From assembly GCA_044892525.1 (NCBI GenBank), contig CM097885.1:8186001-8250000 (forward strand): a stretch of DNA of 64,000 bases, in the 5' to 3' direction. The notes beneath the pieces were generated by a model. The model made no database searches, was not told the origin of the DNA, and saw nothing but the letters and a program-made list of their open reading frames with translations. The position numbers and the translations under genes were made by a program. The DNA is from Schmidtea polychroa. Its lineage: Eukaryota. The first letter of the stretch is position 1; each line of letters starts with the position of its first letter. This document shows, piece by piece, positions 55,674 to 64,000 of the stretch.

Positions 55674-57018
55674 ATCACAAAAAAACATCGATATATTTAC
55701 AGATTCTTAGTCAATTTTTCTAATAAATATGCCTATGATATACAAACGCTGTATTTCATGTCTACAATAAGGAACAAATTGATAGGGTTACCCTCATTTT
55801 CTCCATATTTTCCTTACCAATTGCTATATGACAGGAAATGCGGTAGATTAAAATAATATAAAAATAGCTAAATCGTATAAATATTTAAAATTTATTTTGT
55901 AAATCTTATACATTTAAACAATTAGGAATAAAAAACAATATTATTCAAAAATGTTAAAAAATACTTTTTGTATAATAATAGAATGTGAATATTTAATTTT
56001 CAAAAATTTATCGTTAAAAATGTAAAATTCTCTAGCACTGAACTTATAGAAAATTCGAAAGCACTCCTGTAAAATGACCGCTGCTCAATAATGGGAAATT
56101 AGTGGGGGGTTTGCAGAAATATGTTTAACATTAAACTGGGATTATTACTTCCGGTGAAGAATCATGAAATTCTATGATTTTTTGATGTTCGCGATTTTTT
56201 TTAAAATTTTATTGAGAATAGATTTTATTGTAAAACATTATTTTGTTTAAATTATTCTTTTAAAAAATTTTTGTTTTGATGTGATTCATGTGATATTTGT
56301 TTCTTAACTGATAAATCCGGGTGATTCATCAAATAGAATTCGGAAAAGATTTTGTTTATCCAATCGGACTTTTCCCGGGTCACTTTTTTCTCCATTAACC
56401 TTGCCATCAAATCGGACTTGAAATTTTGATTGCTTTAATCAACAATTAATAAAGATTTAAAGGTTTATCTGAGTTGAATTTCGGAAAATGTTTTTCTTTT
56501 ATTGTTTGTTTAATGGCGTAAATATCTCGCTAATCTTTTGAACTAAAATATGATTTAATTAATTTTTATTTGAATGGTTTTCATTGAGAGCACCACAAAT
56601 TGTCGACATGCATCTTTTTTTATAATATTTTTATTTTGCAAATTATAAAGTTTGTCACTCGTTTCAGGCGCCACAATTAAATGATAATGTAAACCTTTTT
56701 GACATTTTCTTCACAATTTGACTTTCATGCCATTTGGTATTTCATTTTCAAGCGATAGCTTTTATTTTTGATCTTTTTTTCCGAATTGAACAGAAACACA
56801 TTTCAAATATTTTTAGGGACATGGGAAAATGGGACCCGAGCAAATAATTTCAATAAAACTTTGATAATGGAATGTTATTGGATTTTTAATTACACACATA
56901 CACTAGCTCATATATGCACTATTTTCCCTATGATAATTTTGTTGTAGCCATTTTTGTTTTACCTTTATTTTCATTTTTTGGCATAGGGAATAGCATATTT
57001 TTATTATAGTTATTATTA

Positions 57019-57107
<89 letters not shown>

Positions 57108-57217
57108 ATTATTATAAGAACTTTTTTTCCAATTTCACCATTGATTATTTTTCAAATGAATTTATGAACAAGAGAGCTTGAAGACTATAAATCAGTAATA
57201 TATCGATGTTTTTTGAT

Positions 57218-57253
57218 ACTCACGAATTTTCGGCACTGCTTTTTCAAGTGAAT
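57218..57253 (-). ncRNA. Family-A U3-A8 hammerhead (one stem-II G lost)
   Basis: Reverse complement: ATTCAC-TTGAAAA-A-GCAGTGCC-GAAA-AT-TC-GTGAGT. Confidence 0.6.
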
Positions 57254-57464
57254 TTGATCATTATTGCATTTATCAATTATTGTTAGGGAAAAATAATAAA
57301 TCTATTGGTTTAATTATATTTTAATTACCAATATAATATTTCCTATTTCTTATATTTTATTTTTTTAAAAAACGTTTTTTAATTTTTATTTATTTTAGTT
57401 TTAAATTTTAAATTTAAATCCAAATTCAAACCTAAATTTAAACTTAAACCTAAATTCAAAATTT

Positions 57465-57680
57465 AGTTGAATGTTGATGGACGGTTGATGAGTCTCTGCG
57501 GCTAATCTTTGCAATGTATTTTTGAACGCATCTTGTAACATTTTGCATTTTGTTTCGTGTATGAGTGGTGCTGATTTCTGTACTTTTTTAATTGCTTGTT
57601 TTGCTTTTGACGTGTTTGTTGAGTCTCGTTTTGAACGTTCTATGTGTTTCGCCTATGTACGATGCGTCACATCTTGTGCA
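57465..57680 (-). pseudogene. PLE family-A GIY-YIG endonuclease remnant
   Basis: Minus-strand CTRCDASYIGETHRTFKTRLNKH, then AIKKVQKSAPLIH after a frameshift. Confidence 0.8.
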
Positions 57681-58439
57681 TTTTATATTTTTATAAAATA
57701 AAATATACAAAATAGGAAATATTATTTGTGTAATTAAAATATAAATAAACCAATAAATTTATTATAAAATATGAAATAAATTTATTTTTCCCCAACAGTA
57801 ATTGATAAATGCAATAATGATCAAATTCGTGAGTATCAAAAAACATCGAAATATTACTAATTTATAGTCTTCAAGCTCTCTTTTTAATAAATTATTATTA
57901 TTAATCTTATTATTATTATTATTAATATTATTATTATTAATATTATTATTATTAATATTATTATTATTAATTTTATTACTAAAATTAGTATTATTATTGT
58001 TTGGTTTTATTAATTCAAGCCGGTACTCTCTGACTCCTCATGTCTCTTTAATTGAAAATCACAAATAACAAGCTACCCAACGTATATTTGTTTTATTATA
58101 ATTTTTACAATTCACCGGATATGCAAACAATATTATTTCTCAATTATTCGATCAAGTTCCGCTGCGAGATATCTGAACTATGTGCGATTCACAACAAAAA
58201 TCACCTTTTAATGTTCTTGTTCTCTTTTAACGCTACTCTTTATTCTGATTCTCTGATTTCCTTTGATTCAATTTTTTCCCTTTTATTTTTCTTGGTTTCC
58301 TTTATTCTTTTACTCTTTCCCTTTTTATCTTTTAGCAATACTCCTTTTTATTTCTTCAATTACCGTTACCTTCCCCTTTGTCTTCTCGTATCTTAATTTT
58401 CTTTCAAACCTAACCTAGATTTCTTCCGTCCCTAACTGA

Positions 58440-59020
58440 GGAAAAACTGCCGATTATTTTGAATTTCGACTTTGCTTTTATACTAAAATAATAACTTTGA
58501 TTAATTGGTTTTTGACCGGATTGCCTTTATCTGACAATGGTTTGACAATCGGATTCCTTGAACGTTGTTTTAACCATATAGTGATTAATTGTCTCCCTTT
58601 GTTCATCCTTCTTAGTAGCTCTAAACTTTGTTTGTCTCCATTAATCATGCTGTCATGATAATGGCTTTCCGAGATTGTCATTTTGTTTATTTTCCATGTT
58701 AATCCAGCTCAGGTTTCCTTCATCTCTCGGGTTCTTCATTGTCTCGGGTTCCTATTAGCTAATTTATAAATTAATTAACGATTTTCTGTTTAAACCCAGT
58801 CGAATGCTTTTCGACCCTTTCAAAACATTTTCTGATAAATAACCATCTTGTTGACAATTACCTAATCTATACTAGTCCCGTTTTTCCAATTGACTTTCGA
58901 TAAATTTACAATTTATTGACTTTTTCGAATTTCCGCATTTTTGCCTTTCGTAACTGCTTTTGCTATTTCCTAATACTGTTTCCATCATAATTCCCTTTGC
59001 CATCAATTGTGTGCGTGACC
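58440..59020 (-). pseudogene. Possible Gypsy RT C-terminus/RNase H remnant
   Basis: HTIDGKG..KNAEIRK and INGDKQSLELLRRM..ITIWL resemble the GHxIxxxG and TDHxxLxWL..RW motifs. Confidence 0.35.
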
Positions 59021-59105
59021 ACAATTTTATTATTTGTCTTTTTCATTCGACTTACATTTTATTTAAATTTATTTTAATTTACTGACCTCATCATTATTAT
59101 TTTTA

Positions 59106-59249
<144 letters not shown>

Positions 59250-59591
59250 GTTATTTCAAATTTCCTATTAAAATTTAAATGAAGAAAATAATTACTCCCT
59301 CTCTATAGGAAAATCTTATAAATTCATATTTCAAAAGTGGAGTTGAATTACTATCAATAAAATATTCATTTTTAGTTATTTTTCGTTAAAAATTTAATTT
59401 AAATTTATTATTAACATTATTTTTATTGTATTCTTTTTTTACAGTTTATTATTATTCTGTTCGACAGAAAATTTCGATGGTATCACATTTGATAATCATA
59501 AAGCAGAAAATCTTTGTTGCCTAGAATTGAAATTTTTTGATCATTGTCAGAATAAAAAAACGAATGAAATATTATCATTAATAATAATAAA

Positions 59592-59731
<140 letters not shown>

Positions 59732-59736
59732 TAATG

Positions 59737-59841
<105 letters not shown>

Positions 59842-60367
59842 GTAATAATAATAATATTAATAATAATAATAATAATAATAGAAATATTTAATTTTAATTC
59901 ATTGTGATATTATTAATGAAATATTATTCAGTAAGGCGCCATCTTTTTTCCATTATCATGTTTGAAAACCATAAGGAAACCTAGAAAAAAGGATGATAAT
60001 GACGTTATGAAAGGTTATATGGAAGAATGTCCTAAGAACAAGGAGATTTGCTAATTTATGTATTTCATTAACATTTCCTATACCCCTTTGACAATGCTTG
60101 TTTATTCCTTCTTTATATATATCAGATTATATTTACTGATCTTATTCTTTCCCATGCGGCATTTTATTATTACCTTGCATAATATTAAGAAAGTATTGTT
60201 ATTTGGCGCCACTTATCATAAATATTTTAATGTTAGTTACATTTATTTTTGGGTTATTTCTATTACAATATTGCTCATTTCATTTCATTCATTCCTAATA
60301 TTATTTAATAATTTATTATTTTGTTTTAATTGTCCTTTGGTTTTTATAAATCATTTTATTCGTTGAG

Positions 60368-60848
60368 GTAATTCAAAAGGTGTTGCGTTCATCAGATATG
60401 ATCAAAGATATGAAGCAGAGACTGCAATCAAAAAGCTTAATAACTATACGCCGCCAAATGGAACTGAACCGATCACGGTGAAACTTGCAAATACTCCATT
60501 CAATATCAATAATTCCTGTAACATGCAATCCTCGATCTTGGCTAATGGAAACGTTGAATACTTGAATGGAGGTACCAATGGATCTGTTCCTTCTAATAAT
60601 AATAACAATAACAACAATATTCGGGGAATTATTCCACCTTTAAGACCAAATGGATCCACTTGTTCGGATATGATGCCTAGATTAGACGTGGTTATGCCTA
60701 ATAATGGTAATCAACCCAATGGAGTTATTAATACAGAATTTGTGCAGTCCTCATCTGCAACGATACCACCCTCCCATCAGTTACCATTTCCTCCCGGTCA
60801 GATGGTCTGCCTACCGCAAATGCATTCTATTGCCACATTCCCAATGAG
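60368..60848 (+). CDS. elav: ELAV/Hu-like protein, coding exon 4 (RRM2 second half + hinge)
   Basis: Encodes [42 protein letters not shown] followed by an N/P-rich hinge. The acceptor is GAG. Phase-2 GT donor at 60849. Confidence 0.88.
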
Positions 60849-61479
60849 GTAATAAGCCTTTTTTCACCGATAACAAAGACCATTAAAATCTTTTGTTTAG
60901 TTTTAACTTTTAAATATTTCATTCTAAGCAAGTTGTTAATCCGTAATATTATTCACCTTTTAATTCATCTTTTACCTGTTATCATTTGTTATTTCTTTAA
61001 TCTTCATTTAGTTCTCTACCATTGATAAATGCTTCCTATTTAACACAAAAGACATTTAAAAAGGACAGTGTCAAAACTTTGTGTTAAATAGTAAACATTG
61101 GTCCGAGGTTGAATGCAAATTATCTCCTCAGTATTTGAGCTGAAGAAAACGAATTACGTGTATCTTTATTGTAGGGACTTGACCTTGTGCGTTATGCTTA
61201 TCAAACAGTGCACAAAATTACCTAGGATGAGCCGAAGGGCTCATTCCTATTCGAATGATGAAAGGAAATTAAAAGGAAATTAAGATGAAGAATTTGATAG
61301 ATTTAGCATTATTATATATGCCGGTTAGGGTTATGGTGAATCTCGGTGATGAGCATTACTCCGTTAAAATCGGATTGATATGATAATAGTCACCTCTGTG
61401 TAAAACGATATTCAAAATAGAAAGTCATTGTGAAATGTCCAACGATATTAAGATTCTCAATTTGTGTCGAAATATGTTT

Positions 61480-61700
61480 GTCTAAAGATATTGTTTTCCA
61501 CTTTTCAGGAGTCGGCCGAGTGCACGTCTGTCAATTGGAATAAGGTAAGAACAAATATCTGACAGAATTTCATTGTACACAGTCTCATATTTCAATCTAA
61601 TTAACGTTGTTAAATACGTAAACTTCGGTGCAACCTCCACTTTATGAGATCCTTTATTCAAGTCAGCTATTATATAACAGTCCATATCAAACAATACCTA
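61480..61700 (-). pseudogene. Gypsy-like reverse transcriptase remnant
   Basis: ADLNKGSHKVEVAPKFTYLTT..RLKY resembles DLxxGYHQVxVxxxxxxxTxF...RLxxG. Confidence 0.55.
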
Positions 61701-62160
61701 TGCAATAAATAGGGGTGCCCATAAATAATGGTTTCCAGTCGCAAATACAAATTCATATATTTCCCTATCACAGGCAACCGGATCAAGGGAGTCATAATAT
61801 TCAGATAATCATATCTTACAGCATATAATGAAATGAATATTTTACCGTTTATATTATCACTTAAAGGTGTAAATAAACGATATTTCGATAGTACTAAATA
61901 TGAATAATATGCAGGATATAATGTATGCCATCCTTATTAAATTCTTTCATTACCGATGCTTTACTATTGTAGCCTTCGGACCGACTTTAATATAATGAAT
62001 TATTACATAAGTTCTACCAATGAATCTTGTAAATTAGTTGACTGTATTATCCTTCAAATTGCGGCACAAATCTGTAATTCTTGGTCATTGTTGTGAGGTC
62101 TATCTTCCTGGTAATAGCTCCACATTTTATATGATTATTCTAATGAGGTATGAGCATAAC

Positions 62161-62230
<70 letters not shown>

Positions 62231-62264
62231 ATATAATATAATTATAAGTTATTTATTAATATAG

Positions 62265-62624
62265 CTATCCTGGTATACAGCACCCAGGTCTACAATCAAT
62301 TTCAGTCCCCCCTGGAGCAACAACTGTTCAGACAACACATCTTGTTCCTTCAAATGGTGGGCCATCTCCGTCACCTTTTCTTTCAATTGAGACCATTCCC
62401 ACTACAACTCATTTAATCGATCCTAATAATTTGTACTGTTTGGTCGTGTATAATCTAAGTCCAGACACCAAAGAGGCTACATTATGGCAAACCTTTGGAC
62501 CCTTTGGAGCAGTACAATCAGTGAATTTGGCACGAGATCCACAGACCGGTAAATGTAGGGGATTTGGTTTAATAACTATGCCTAATTATCATGAAGCCCT
62601 TCTAGCAATTCAGCATTTGAATGG
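62265..62624 (+). CDS. elav: ELAV/Hu-like protein, coding exon 5 (hinge end + most of RRM3)
   Basis: TAG acceptor in matching phase. Encodes [30 protein letters not shown]...[27 protein letters not shown] donor at 62625. The final exon was not found in the window. Confidence 0.92.
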
Positions 62625-63249
62625 GTAAATTTCTTTATTATTTTGAAATTGATGTAATTAAATATAAATTATAATTTAATTACGCATGTAAATAATTAAT
62701 TAAAATATTAAATCGGTAAATTTAAATTTGTTTAAATAAATTAAAAAGAATGTTTTTTTACAAAAATAGTGTTGATTTCCTTTCAGTCGTCCCTATGAAA
62801 TCTAATTCATATTCTCTGTTCCAGGTTTAATTTCAACATTTGATAAATGTTGGCGGAATCTACCAAGCTTTTCACATTCAAATTTGAAAGAATGTTGTGC
62901 GTTTTAGACGACTCAGTGGACCAAATGCTACTGGAACCACAACCTTAGATGACTCTAACGCAATTATCCCACGAATATGTAGAAACACCCTTTAAGCTTT
63001 CGCGTTGTTTAGTTTCCTAACAAAAAACTTGTCATTGAAGCTGTGCTCATTTAAAGCAAACATTTGTCCTAGTGATTTGAAATATTCCATAATTAAACGC
63101 CATAGTGTTGCAATGGTTCTTCAGTTGTCAATTCAGCCACACTGGGAAATTCACACATAAAATATAAATATACATCACTTTAATGTATGATTCGATTCTA
63201 AAGAAATCATCATATAATAAATAATGAAATAAACATGGCAATGATTTAA

Positions 63250-63825
63250 TTATAAGAAAGCGCTACTCAAATACTCCTTTTACGATACATATCAATAGTT
63301 TTCCTGTCATCATCAGGTAGAATAGAAAAACTATATATATTATAAATTTAATAAACAAACTACACAAGTTTTATTAATTTAAAAAAATATTTTTCAATTT
63401 AATTGAAATAATTAATTAAATTTCAATTTAGAGTATTTTTAATAAATATATTTAAAAATTTCTAAAATATTTTATTATAATTTTTATAAATTTATAATTT
63501 TAATTTTAATTTTAAATTTCAAAATCAGACAAGCCTATTTTACTTATACAGACCTTATTGTGTTTCCTAATATTGGTCGATGCCTTCAGCAGATAATGTT
63601 CACGAGCTCGAATACAAAAATGACAGGAAGTATCTTCAATGTATGTGGCATTGAACTCATTATATTTAAATTGATAAACGATATCAGAACACAATCCAGT
63701 CGGAACTTTATACTTATTAATAAATATATTGTAAGCTATACTTGAATATTTTATCCGACCTGATGATGACAGGAAATTTATCTAATTATATCGCAAAAGA
63801 AACGTTTGATTGGCGTTTTCTTATA
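63250..63825. mobile_element. PLE family-B tail-out inverted pair with decayed hammerheads (63278-63322 minus; 63754-63798 plus)
   Basis: CCTGATGATGACAGGAAA on both strands, each followed by the family-B tail (...GCG.TTTCTTATAA). Confidence 0.78.
63512..63730 (-). pseudogene. PLE family-B GIY-YIG endonuclease remnant
   Basis: NKYKVPTGLCSDIVYQFKYNEFNATYIEDTSCHFCIRAREH. Confidence 0.8.
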
Positions 63826-63924
63826 ATATATAATAAATTTGTTATACAATGTTTCTAATTTTCAAATAATAAAAGCATATTGCTTATATTTCTATTTCTA
63901 TAATGATTTAATTTTATGAATTTA

Positions 63925-63986
63925 TTAAAAAGAGAGTTTGAAGACTATAAATCACGAATTTTCGGCACTTCATTTTTCCAGTGAAT
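63925..63986 (-). mobile_element. PLE family-A fragment with degenerate hammerhead
   Basis: Reverse complement: ATTCACTGGAAAAATGAAGTGCCGAAAATTCGTGATTTATAGTCTTCAAAC, with an internal deletion. Confidence 0.65.
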
Positions 63987-64000
63987 TTTTTTATGCGTTT

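Larger units (their letters stand above)
57113..57890. mobile_element. PLE family-A tail-out inverted insertion in (ATT)n
   Basis: Minus terminal repeat (57113-57345), GIY-YIG remnant, then plus terminal repeat (57705-57890). ATT repeats on both flanks. Confidence 0.8.

Noticed and set aside
61225..61247. GGATGAGC(CGAAGG)GCTCATTCC hairpin
   Set aside because: Isolated stem with no ribozyme core, inside decayed retrotransposon sequence.

Overview
Very AT-rich, (AAT/ATT)n-laden animal genomic DNA. The composition resembles a planarian or similar invertebrate, which is an inference only. One host gene is supported: a + strand ELAV/Hu-family 3-RRM RNA-binding protein with five coding exons in the window (15603-16347, 48626-48729, 49243-49396, 60368-60848, 62265-62624). 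Its last exon lies beyond the window and the intron after the first coding exon is about 32.3 kb. The most striking content is a set of Penelope-like retroelements (PLEs) carrying hammerhead ribozyme (HHR) motifs. (i) A young RT + GIY-YIG PLE is present as a ~4.2 kb near-perfect tail-out palindrome inside an (ATT)n tract. (ii) About 17 minimal type-I HHR motifs, intact or decayed, fall into three PLE terminal-repeat families. Two families use a compensatory U3-A8 core (TTGANAA) with only a 4-nt AATT palindromic stem III. (iii) The same tail-out inverted architecture recurs across families, including snap-back junctions a few nt from the predicted cleavage site. (iv) A separate ~200-nt highly base-paired HHR-containing element at 6.8-7.0 kb is retrozyme-like. 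Several DNA-transposon derivatives (piggyBac-, Merlin-, hAT- and IS630/Tc1-like) and decayed LTR-retrotransposon fragments are also present. All RNA structures were folded by eye and no searches were run.
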